Assembly (NCBI GenBank): GCA_021734905.1
Contig: JAIPIB010000006.1
Span: 8,851-32,850, forward strand
Origin: Minisyncoccota bacterium
Lineage (GTDB): Bacteria > Patescibacteriota > Minisyncoccia > Phycocordibacterales > UBA918
Length of the DNA: 24,000 nucleotides
Reading direction: 5' to 3'
In this document: positions 1-7,630 of the stretch, piece by piece
How the letters are laid out: every line of letters begins with the position of its first letter
Numbering within the stretch: position 1 is the stretch's first letter
Translations under genes and position numbers: made by a program
Notes under the pieces: model-generated
What the model was told of the DNA's origin: nothing
What the model saw: only the letters and a program-made list of their open reading frames with translations
The model's database searches: none

Positions 1-109
1 CAAACCGTAAGAGCGTAAAAAATCCATATGGCAATCCGTCAATCAGAGCCACAAACAAAAAGAGGGCGGCGATACAAACTATTATGTTTTTCTTTTTATT
101 TAATTCCAT
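1..109 (-). CDS. Small membrane protein, truncated by the window edge (MELNKKKNIIVCIAALFLFVALIDGLPYGFFTLLRF...)
   Basis: Reverse-strand ORF starting with ATG at 109-107, open to position 1; hydrophobic segment followed by an LPYGFFTLLR motif. Not in the supplied ORF list because it is partial. Confidence 0.55.
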   Translation of the reverse strand, partial: MELNKKKNIIVCIAALFLFVALIDGLPYGFFTLLRF

Positions 110-115
110 TTTTTA

Positions 116-1075
116 TTAGGCATTTTTCCCATTATTCTCTGCTTGTTGTTGTGCGTATTTCATTATACTTGCTTCGTAAAACTTTTTACTAATTCTCTTC
201 ATCTGGATTTTATTTCCGACAAACCAAAAGACAAAAGAAATAATTGCGTTTGATATCACAGCACCGAACTCCAAACTAACGAGATTTATGACACCGAGAA
301 TTAGAAAAATGAATGAAGCACCATACAAAAATCTTACCGCCCAATTACTTTTCTTTTGGTCGTCTATTTCGGCAAAAACTGCTAATTGTTCGTTGCTCAT
401 CTCATCAGGATTAAGACCGATTGATTTTACCCAAGTAGATGTATTTTTTGAAAGAATCGGTCGTTCTATAACTTTTTGTGTTTTGCCGAAAATTGCATTG
501 TAAGCGTCATCCATAGCTTTTTGCTTTTTTGTATGGCGTTTCATATAACCCTCAAAATCAAAACCTCGCCCGAAATCATCTTGTGGGTTTTCAAAAATCA
601 AAATGGAACTAGCAACATCTTTTATATCTTTTTCTTCTTTATTTCCTACACTCTTTTCAAAGATTGCATCCACTGTCATTTTGATTTTATGTTCGTCCCA
701 TCGTAGATTTGAAAAATAAATACGAGCAGTTTCTCTCAAAATCTCTTGATCGGATGTTTTCGGACGGAAAAGTTTTAATTGTTTGTAAATACCAAATATC
801 TTTTTCGCTTTTGCTTTTTCGCTTCCCATAAAATAACCAAATATCCATAGAACGGCGTAAATACCAAGAATCACCAAAACTATTGTTGGATTAACTTTCC
901 ATAAACTATAAAATCCACCAGCAAAAAGTATTAACCAAAGAAGATTTATAATGAGCACCGCAACAGTACTATTAAAAATCATTGGTCTTTCAAAAAAAGA
1001 TTTGCTTTGTGCGTTCGCACTCCATTGAAAAACAATGAAGCCAAGAACTGTTAAAATTATTCCGAGTATCAACAT
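116..1075 (-). CDS. Hypothetical membrane protein (319 aa)
   Basis: Long ORF with N-terminal and C-terminal hydrophobic segment pairs around a charged central region. Confidence 0.75.
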   Translation of the reverse strand: MLILGIILTVLGFIVFQWSANAQSKSFFERPMIFNSTVAVLIINLLWLILFAGGFYSLWKVNPTIVLVILGIYAVLWIFGYFMGSEKAKAKKIFGIYKQLKLFRPKTSDQEILRETARIYFSNLRWDEHKIKMTVDAIFEKSVGNKEEKDIKDVASSILIFENPQDDFGRGFDFEGYMKRHTKKQKAMDDAYNAIFGKTQKVIERPILSKNTSTWVKSIGLNPDEMSNEQLAVFAEIDDQKKSNWAVRFLYGASFIFLILGVINLVSLEFGAVISNAIISFVFWFVGNKIQMKRISKKFYEASIMKYAQQQAENNGKNA

Positions 1076-1078
1076 AAT

Positions 1079-1735
1079 TTAATCATTAAAAGTGTTACCA
1101 GTGTCATAATGTGTGCTTTTTCCTCCCTCTGTTTTCCACCTGAACCAGTAACTATCACCATTATACATAGTCACATTTAGCCCGTTGCCATTCCATAAAA
1201 TACACAATAAGTCTTCGTGTTGCATAGCCGCACGGAGTATTCCGTCAACAGCTTTGCGATAAATCGTGCGTTGGGCATACCAAAGCAACGCAAGAGATAA
1301 AGTGAGTGCGGTGAGCCAACCTATCCCATTTATAAAACCCCACGCCAAACCGCCAAAAGTTAGCAAAATGAGTCCACTTCGTATTGGTCCAAGCATCATC
1401 GCTTGGCTTGGATGAAAAATAAAAAAACCAATTAACAGAAGTGGCAACGCCAAGAGCAAAAGCCAAGTTTTAGTTATCACAACATAAACAATCAAACCAA
1501 TGGGAACAATAAAAGTTAGAGAAGCCAAAAACAAAGCTTGAGCCCTTTGCCATTTGGAAGAATAAATACCATTTTGAATCCATTGAAGAGCAGCACTCCT
1601 ATCAACGCCGAGACTTGCAACTCCTTCCGATACTCGCTTTTTTAATTCATCAAAACTTGTGAACGGAAAATATTCCAGTTCTTCAACACGCTTTGGTTTT
1701 GGCTTTTGCTCTTTTTGTTCGTTATTATTTTCCAT
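1079..1735 (-). CDS. Hypothetical membrane protein with hydrophobic helices (218 aa)
   Basis: ORF tightly packed between the XRE gene (3 nt) and the 319-aa ORF (4 nt), same strand; central hydrophobic stretches. Confidence 0.7.
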   Translation of the reverse strand: MENNNEQKEQKPKPKRVEELEYFPFTSFDELKKRVSEGVASLGVDRSAALQWIQNGIYSSKWQRAQALFLASLTFIVPIGLIVYVVITKTWLLLLALPLLLIGFFIFHPSQAMMLGPIRSGLILLTFGGLAWGFINGIGWLTALTLSLALLWYAQRTIYRKAVDGILRAAMQHEDLLCILWNGNGLNVTMYNGDSYWFRWKTEGGKSTHYDTGNTFND

Positions 1736-1737
1736 AG

Positions 1738-1944
1738 TTATTTTATTAAATCATCAACGCTCACGCCAAAGGCTTTCGCAACCTTTTTAAGCGTGACTAA
1801 TGTTGGATTCTGGTTTTCACCAGATTCCATTTTAATAAGCGTGTTATTGGCGACATCTGCCAATCTCGCTAACTTCTCTTGCGAAAGCCCTTTGGCTTCT
1901 CGCAATTTCTTTATGTTGTTTGCTAAATTTTGGCTTGTTGACAT
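1738..1944 (-). CDS. XRE/Cro-type helix-turn-helix regulator (68 aa)
   Basis: LREAKGLSQEKLARLADVANNTLIKMESGENQNPTLVTLKKVAKAFGVSVDDLIK is a canonical HTH_3 domain. Confidence 0.93.
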   Translation of the reverse strand: MSTSQNLANNIKKLREAKGLSQEKLARLADVANNTLIKMESGENQNPTLVTLKKVAKAFGVSVDDLIK

Positions 1945-2082
1945 ATAATCAATAAAAGATTAACATTATAGTGGAGTATCTATTAATCTGTTACTACTAT
2001 GATGTTACACCAAAATTTAAAACAAATCAATATGAGTGATTTTTTTGCGGTGGCGAATTTTCCGAAAACCCCCAGTCCGAAA

Positions 2083-2121
2083 CCCGCCCGCATTCCTCCC
2101 CAGACCCCTCCTGCGGGCGGG
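2083..2121. repeat. GC-rich hairpin, 10-bp stem cccgcccgca/tgcgggcggg
   Basis: Perfect inverted repeat 2083-2092 / 2112-2121. Confidence 0.85.
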
Positions 2122-2132
2122 AAATCAGCCGA

Positions 2133-2176
2133 GGCAGGGCGAATCCATTCCCCCAGACAAATTGTTTCGCCCTGCC
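2133..2176. repeat. GC-rich hairpin, 11-bp stem ggcagggcgaa/ttcgccctgcc
   Basis: Perfect inverted repeat 2133-2143 / 2166-2176. Confidence 0.85.
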
Positions 2177-2185
2177 GAGTCCGTT

Positions 2186-2356
2186 TTAATCATTTGGATT
2201 CTGCTCGAAATAGTTTCGAACTTTGTCCAGCAAACACCGCCAAAATTCGGAATTCAAATTTCCGGCAAAAATATGGTCGGCGCGAAGCGCCATCTGTTCT
2301 GCATTCCCCCCACAAAATCCTGATTCTGCAAGGATTCGCCACGCTCCGCGTGGCTC
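2186..2356 (-). pseudogene. Detached C-terminal end of a large serine recombinase (EPRGAW...NSEFWRCLLDKVRNYFEQNPND-stop)
   Basis: Reverse-strand codons encode the same 40 aa as residues 461-500 of the recombinase at 2378-3910, then a different 16-aa C-terminus and a stop. The N-terminal part of the called ORF (to 2443) is antisense to the recombinase start and not homologous. Confidence 0.7.
2237..2356. repeat. Left copy of 120-bp inverted repeat flanking the recombinase
   Basis: Reverse complement of 3758-3877 with a single mismatch (C/T). Confidence 0.95.
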
Positions 2357-2377
2357 GTCGTTTGCCAATACAAAAAT

Positions 2378-3910
2378 ATGAATAATCAAACCAAAAAGTT
2401 TTTCATATATACTCGCAAGTCTACGGACGACAAAGACAGACAAGTCCGCAGTATTGCTGACCAGTTGAGTGAGTTAAAAGAACTCGCCTTGAAAGAACAA
2501 CTAGAAGTGGTAGATGTCTTTGTCGAAAAGCAGACCGCCAAAATACCAGGTCGCCCTGTTTTTAACGAAATGATGTTGAGAATGGAAGCGGGCGAAGCGT
2601 CTGGTATTTTGGCGTGGCATCCCGATAGACTTGCTCGCAACTCGGTAGATGGAGGAAAGATTATCTACCTCGTTGATACTGGAGTAATTTCAGAAATGAA
2701 ATTCCCAACTTTTTGGTTTGATCCGACACCGCAAGGGAAATTCATGCTTTCAATCGCTTTTTCGCAATCCAAGTATTATGTGGACAATTTGTCGGAAAAT
2801 ATTAAGCGTGGTAAGCGAAATAAAGTGAAAGACGGAATATGGCCTCAAATGTCTCCACTCGGATATATAAACGAAGGTGGAAAAATTGTTGTTGATGAAA
2901 ATATTGCACCGTTAATCAAGAAAACATTTGAGACATATTCGTCTGGGTCTTTCACTTTGCGCCAACTCCGCGACAAATTTAACGAACTTGGATTGAAACG
3001 AAAAAGCGGAAAGGAACTTGCGGTGTCGAATTATCAAAAACTTCTCAAAAATCCTATTTACACTGGTCTAATGAGATATAACGGAGAGATTTTTGAGGGC
3101 AAGCACGAACCGATTATCACAAAGAAACTTTTTGATTCCGTTCAAGAAGTGATGATAAGGAAATCCAAACCTCACTCGAAAGGACTAAAACCATTTTTGT
3201 ATAGAGGATTTTTCCGTTGTGGAGAATGTGGGTGCTTCATTACCACAGAAACACAAAAAGGTCATAACTATTTGCGATGTACTAAACGGAAAAATCCTTG
3301 TACTCAAAAATATGTCCGTGAGGAGCTCATCACTTCTCAAATTCAAGAGGAAATCAAAAAAGTTTCTTTGCCTCTTGATTGGACGGAATGGATGATTGCC
3401 GAAAATGCAAAAGATCGGCAATCGGAAGTCCAATCGAGTACGCTTTTTGCGGATTCAACAAAAGCCGAGATTTCTCTTTTGGATTCCAAGATAGAGAAGC
3501 TGATGAGTGCCTATCTCGAAAGTGCGTTGTCACTTGAAGAATATCGCGAAGCTAAAAACAAGTTGGTCAATCAAAATCAGCTTCTCAAAGAGAAATTATC
3601 GGCTTTTGAGCAAAAAGCGAATAATCGGTTCGAACTTACAGAAAAGTTTTTGAAATACAATATGGAATTGGCAAACGACCGAACAAATGAGGAAAATACT
3701 CATTTGTTCAAAAAAGTCGGTTCGAACTTTCAAATTAAGGATCGAACCGTACTTTTTGAGCCACGCGGAGCATGGCGAATCCTTGCAGAATCAGGATTTT
3801 GTGGGGGGAATGCAGAACAGATGGCGCTTCGCGCCGACCATATTTTTGCCGGAAATTTGAATTCCGAATTTTGGCGGAGAGTGAGGGATTCGAACCCTCG
3901 GTCCCTTTAA
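2378..3910 (+). CDS. Large serine recombinase / site-specific integrase; last 10 residues read into antisense tRNA-Ser
   Basis: N-terminal FFIYTRKSTDDKDRQVRSIADQ (resolvase catalytic region), GKIIYLVDTG, recombinase domain GLKRKSGKELAVSNYQKLLKNPIYTG, zinc beta-ribbon RCGECGCF...YLRCTKRKNPC, coiled coil. C-terminus WRRVRDSNPRSL is a typical translation of an antisense tRNA 3' half. Confidence 0.95.
   Translation: MNNQTKKFFIYTRKSTDDKDRQVRSIADQLSELKELALKEQLEVVDVFVEKQTAKIPGRPVFNEMMLRMEAGEASGILAWHPDRLARNSVDGGKIIYLVDTGVISEMKFPTFWFDPTPQGKFMLSIAFSQSKYYVDNLSENIKRGKRNKVKDGIWPQMSPLGYINEGGKIVVDENIAPLIKKTFETYSSGSFTLRQLRDKFNELGLKRKSGKELAVSNYQKLLKNPIYTGLMRYNGEIFEGKHEPIITKKLFDSVQEVMIRKSKPHSKGLKPFLYRGFFRCGECGCFITTETQKGHNYLRCTKRKNPCTQKYVREELITSQIQEEIKKVSLPLDWTEWMIAENAKDRQSEVQSSTLFADSTKAEISLLDSKIEKLMSAYLESALSLEEYREAKNKLVNQNQLLKEKLSAFEQKANNRFELTEKFLKYNMELANDRTNEENTHLFKKVGSNFQIKDRTVLFEPRGAWRILAESGFCGGNAEQMALRADHIFAGNLNSEFWRRVRDSNPRSL
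3758..3877. repeat. Right copy of 120-bp inverted repeat, ending in the 3' acceptor of tRNA-Ser
   Basis: Reverse complement of 2237-2356 with one mismatch; last bases ggcgg overlap the tRNA-Ser 3' end. Confidence 0.95.
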
Positions 3911-3961
3911 GAGGACACCTCGTTAGCAGTGAGGCGCTTTCGACCACTCAGCCAACTCTCC
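3872..3961 (-). tRNA. tRNA-Ser(GCU), 3' CCA encoded
   Basis: Reverse complement GGAGAGTTGGCTGAGTGGTCGAAAGCGCCTCACTGCTAACGAGGTGTCCTCTTAAAGGGACCGAGGGTTCGAATCCCTCACTCTCCGCCA: 7-bp acceptor (GGAGAGT/ACTCTCC), GCT anticodon, long variable arm, T-arm. Confidence 0.96.
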
Positions 3962-3979
3962 ATTATTTAATTTTGTGGT

Positions 3980-4006
3980 GGCGGACGAAAGTACCTTTCG
4001 TCCGCC
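3980..4006. repeat. Perfect 12-bp-stem hairpin ggcggacgaaag-tac-ctttcgtccgcc
   Basis: Direct inspection; lies 19 nt upstream of the tRNA-Ser 5' end. Confidence 0.85.
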
Positions 4007-4186
4007 TATTGCCTCATAAATATCGACAATCCTGCTCACACTTGTTCGCAGACCAGATGAAAAGTGAAACAGTTCATTTTTTGTCCACTCAGTTACGTCT
4101 CCTGTATTCTATTGCTCGCAATTGGACACGGATGTGTTCAATTGCGAGCAAGGATACCATATTTTTTTAGGACTCGCATGCAGGAA

Positions 4187-4846
4187 TTAGTGTGCAAAAG
4201 CCACACAGGTTATTGAGGCAGGGGAGTGCGGCAAAAGCGAAGCTTTTGCCGCACTGAGCGTTGCTCCTGTGGTCACAACATCATCAACAAGAAGAATGTG
4301 TGCTCCAGTTACTTTTGAAGGTGAAGTCACGACAAACGCTTTCTCAAGATTCGTGAGACGTTTATCTCGAGGAAGATCTGTTTGTGGTTTTGTATTACGA
4401 GTCCGCTTTAGGATTCCTGTTTCAATTTCAACTTTTTTAGAAAGATTGCGGGCAAGGAGTACTTTATGGACTTGATTGTATCCTCGTGACCTCATTCGTG
4501 CATTTGAAAGTGGTATTGGAATTATGTAATCAAATGAACAAGTATTTTGTTTTAGGTACATATTAAAAAGAACATTGAGTAGAAGCCAAGCACGTGCGTT
4601 TGCGTGAAATTTTCCCTCATGAATAAGTGCGCGTACTTCTTTGGATTTGTAGTCACTGAGTGTATGCGTTGATTTTTTGCTCTGCAGATGATAAAGCAGT
4701 CGCACTTGTTTTGGAGTCATGTTTCGCACACAAAGGTTGTCTTCATCTGGCGGAAAAATAATATCAAAGATTCGTCTTAAAATATCAAACATGGTATCTA
4801 TGAATATAGTATCATTTGATGATAGAATACTTTGTAAATTGCACAT
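4187..4846 (-). CDS. comF: ComF-like phosphoribosyltransferase family protein; true start probably near 4794
   Basis: IIPIPLSNARMRSRGYNQVHKVLLARNLSK...RTRNTKPQTDLPRDKRLTNLEKAF...ILLVDDVVTTGATLSAAKASL: ComF/PRTase signatures. Confidence 0.85.
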   Translation of the reverse strand: MCNLQSILSSNDTIFIDTMFDILRRIFDIIFPPDEDNLCVRNMTPKQVRLLYHLQSKKSTHTLSDYKSKEVRALIHEGKFHANARAWLLLNVLFNMYLKQNTCSFDYIIPIPLSNARMRSRGYNQVHKVLLARNLSKKVEIETGILKRTRNTKPQTDLPRDKRLTNLEKAFVVTSPSKVTGAHILLVDDVVTTGATLSAAKASLLPHSPASITCVAFAH

Positions 4847-5944
4847 ATGGGATTTGATCTTTCATCATTGACGTCATTCTTAAAGACAAGCGTTGCGACT
4901 CCATCAAAAGATGATGCTGTTATTGGTATTGATATTGGATCGTCCACGATAAAGATTGTCCAACTAAAAAATGCAAAAGGAGTTCCAACGGTTGAGACCT
5001 ATGGTGAACTTCAATTAGGACCCTATGAAGGAGTTGATATTGGGCGAGCGACACATCTTCCCTCTAATAAACTAACTGAAGCGCTTATCGATATCTTGAG
5101 AGAGGCTGGGGCAAAAGGAAAGTTAGTTGCTTTTGCACTCTCGTACAACTCTAGTTTCTCTACAATAATCTCTATCCCTTCACTCGACCAAAAAAAGATT
5201 GGTGCTATTGTCCCCGTTGAGGCACGAAAATATATACCAATTTCTCTCACAAAAGTAACACTTGATTGGATGCCTCTTGAAGTTTCAAAGGAAGACAAGG
5301 TAACAAATGTTCTTATTACGGCGATATACAACGAAGCGTATTCACGTTATGAGTCCATTATGCTAGGTGGCAGTCTAGAGACGGTCGCGAGCGAGATTGA
5401 AACTTTTAGTTCAATTCGATCACTAGTTTCTCCTCAAGATGAGTGTGTTGCAATCATTGATTGGGGGGCGTCCTCTACTCGATTGTATATTATTGAAAAA
5501 GGTGTCGCCAGAAAAACACACAGTGTTCTCATGTCTGGATCTGAGTTAACGGGAATTCTTGAAAAGGAGCTCAAAATCGAATTTAAAGATGCAGAAGAAC
5601 TCAAACGATCTGTAGGGCTACGAGGGAAGGAAGAAGATCCTCGGATTGAAAAAGCAATTGCACGTTCTCTTGAGCGTGGGTTGCGTGAGTTACATACCGT
5701 TGTGGTGCGGTATGAAGAAACTGGTGGCGCTCCAGTACAGAAAGTAATTATGAGTGGAGGAGGAGCCCTTCTTCAGGGAGTAATGCCATACGTTTCAGAC
5801 ATGTTCTCGAAGCCAGTTGTTGTTGCTGACCCATTTCAAAAAGTTGCATATCCAGCGTTTCTTGAAGACACACTGAAGGAAGCTGGACCACCATTTGCGG
5901 TTGCTGTTGGTATCGCGCTTCGAGCATTTCAAACAATTCAGTAA
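4847..5944 (+). CDS. pilM: Type IV pilus assembly protein PilM (actin-like ATPase fold)
   Basis: DAVIGIDIGSSTIKIVQLKNAKG, IIDWGASSTRLYIIEKG, VIMSGGGALLQGVMPYVSDMFSKPV; followed by PilN and PilO. Confidence 0.92.
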   Translation: MGFDLSSLTSFLKTSVATPSKDDAVIGIDIGSSTIKIVQLKNAKGVPTVETYGELQLGPYEGVDIGRATHLPSNKLTEALIDILREAGAKGKLVAFALSYNSSFSTIISIPSLDQKKIGAIVPVEARKYIPISLTKVTLDWMPLEVSKEDKVTNVLITAIYNEAYSRYESIMLGGSLETVASEIETFSSIRSLVSPQDECVAIIDWGASSTRLYIIEKGVARKTHSVLMSGSELTGILEKELKIEFKDAEELKRSVGLRGKEEDPRIEKAIARSLERGLRELHTVVVRYEETGGAPVQKVIMSGGGALLQGVMPYVSDMFSKPVVVADPFQKVAYPAFLEDTLKEAGPPFAVAVGIALRAFQTIQ

Positions 5945-6001
5945 CAGATGTCCACAGAAGTATTGTTTATGTGATGCATAAAGCGACGTATACTAGTTGT
6001 G

Positions 6002-6727
6002 ATGACATATATACCTCGTTCTCCACTCGGTTTTAAAGATACGTCTGGTGCAGTTCCTGCTCATGTGAAGAAGAAGCACACTTTTCGTATTTTTAATTTT
6101 ATTGCAGGCACACTTATTACCGTGTCTTTTGCAAGTGCAGTTGGGGTGTTTCTGTATACGTCACATGCGCAGACACAACTTGAAATGGCGAAATCAAATT
6201 TGCAAAAGGAAAGCATGAATGACAGCACGAAGAGTATTGAGGAAATTAGTCTTTTTGATCACAAGCTTAATGTGGCCCAGTATTTGCTTGATAATCATAT
6301 TGCACCATCGCTCCTATTTAGTGAGCTTGAAGGATCAACAAAGGAATCTGTTCAATATGATCAATTTAAATTTACTTATGATCCTGGATTCGATGCTGTC
6401 TTGACGCTTACGGGAAGCACACGAGATTTTTCTTCAGTAGCACTCCAGAAAATGCAGTTTAAAAGAGCGGGTGTTTTTCGAGAGTTTGTCGTAAAGGATA
6501 TTTCCGTTAAGAATGAAACTGGAGATGTAATTAATGGGATAGACCCTGATGCAGCAAAGCGAGCTGTTAGTTTTGGCATTACAGGATTGTTTGACACAAA
6601 ATATCTTGCGTACACAGGAGAGAGAATTTTCGTAAATGAAAAGCCGCAGGAGGAAGTTGTCGAAACCTCTCCTCTTGATTTGGAGCTACAGGGCACAGCG
6701 TCTACAAGTAATGAAGTGACTCAGTAA
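6002..6727 (+). CDS. pilN: PilN-like type IV pilus assembly protein (called ORF starts with GTG at 5999)
   Basis: YIPRSPLGFKD... N-terminal region, single TM, coiled coil; position between PilM and PilO. Confidence 0.7.
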   Translation: MTYIPRSPLGFKDTSGAVPAHVKKKHTFRIFNFIAGTLITVSFASAVGVFLYTSHAQTQLEMAKSNLQKESMNDSTKSIEEISLFDHKLNVAQYLLDNHIAPSLLFSELEGSTKESVQYDQFKFTYDPGFDAVLTLTGSTRDFSSVALQKMQFKRAGVFREFVVKDISVKNETGDVINGIDPDAAKRAVSFGITGLFDTKYLAYTGERIFVNEKPQEEVVETSPLDLELQGTASTSNEVTQ

Positions 6728-6728
6728 T

Positions 6729-7304
6729 ATGTCTCGAACACTTACACCATTTTTATCGATTATCATTGCAATACTGTTGTTCTTGTTCTTCACTCAACCG
6801 AATTATGAGGAGGTTAAGAATCTTCAGAAAGAGACCGAAGAATATGTATCAGCAACTGAGAAGTACAACAATTTTAATACACGAATTGAAGAATTACTCA
6901 CAAGGAAAGATTCTATAAAGGAGTCTCAGAAAAAAATGTTGGATCTCCTTGTTCCTAAAAGTATTGATGATACTAGAACACTTGTTGATTTGAAGGTACT
7001 TGCAGAGAAAAATGGCCTTTTGTTTGGGAATGTTTCTATTGAGGGTGGTGACATACAGTTACAGGCAAAATCCACGTCTGGTAATAAAGCCAAGGTCAGT
7101 ACCACTGGAAGCAAGGAGCTTGTTACTTCAGATATTTCCTTTGAGGTTATTGGATTTTATCCACAATTCAAAGACTTCCTTCGTGATATAGAAAGTAGCT
7201 TAACTATTATGGAAGTAGTCGATATAACCTTTACTTCAAACGAGAGTCGCTTTCAGCAATTTTCAGTGAAGATCAGAACGTATGCGCTACCGCAGGGTAA
7301 ATAA
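6729..7304 (+). CDS. pilO: PilO-like type IV pilus assembly protein
   Basis: N-terminal TM, coiled coil, C-terminal YPQFKDFLRDIESSLTIMEVVDITFTSNE region typical of PilO; synteny. Confidence 0.78.
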   Translation: MSRTLTPFLSIIIAILLFLFFTQPNYEEVKNLQKETEEYVSATEKYNNFNTRIEELLTRKDSIKESQKKMLDLLVPKSIDDTRTLVDLKVLAEKNGLLFGNVSIEGGDIQLQAKSTSGNKAKVSTTGSKELVTSDISFEVIGFYPQFKDFLRDIESSLTIMEVVDITFTSNESRFQQFSVKIRTYALPQGK

Positions 7305-7315
7305 TTTAAGTATTT

Positions 7316-7618
7316 ATGTCACCAACATTTAAAAAATTGATCGCAGCATTATGTGTCATTGTCCTGTTAGGGGGAGTTTATGTTTATGTTTCTAGCAGAA
7401 ATTCAGATAGCGAGATGGTCTTATCTTCAGGTGAATTTTTAAGTCCCGAGGCAGCACAGCGCACAGAAGAAGTTTTGAGAAATATACAGGAGATTGACGG
7501 TTATAAGTTGGACGACACGCTCTTCCTGGATAGACGTTTTACGTCACTTGTTGATACGAGAATTGAGCTTATAGACATACGGACTGGGAGATACGACCCA
7601 TTTGTACCAGTTAATTAA
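7316..7618 (+). CDS. Small TM pilus-associated protein (100 aa), fills the PilP-like position
   Basis: Signal-anchor segment then LDDTLFLDRRFTSLVD...IRTGRYDPFVPVN; between pilO and pilB. Confidence 0.6.
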   Translation: MSPTFKKLIAALCVIVLLGGVYVYVSSRNSDSEMVLSSGEFLSPEAAQRTEEVLRNIQEIDGYKLDDTLFLDRRFTSLVDTRIELIDIRTGRYDPFVPVN

Positions 7619-7630
7619 GGTATATAGATT

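Noticed and set aside
1999-2385. Forward ORFs 1999..2385 and 2036..2323
   Set aside because: They translate the hairpin region and the inverted repeat in non-coding frames. The repeat's meaningful frame is the recombinase C-terminus on the minus strand.
2357-2443. N-terminal part of minus ORF 2186..2443
   Set aside because: This section is simply antisense to the recombinase start region; only 2186-2356 has homology support.
3735-4170. ORFs 3735..3947 (-) and 3772..4170 (+)
   Set aside because: They read through the repeat and tRNA-Ser (LSAKIRNSNF..., AESEGFEPSVPLRG...), the typical spurious translations of tRNA genes and flanks.
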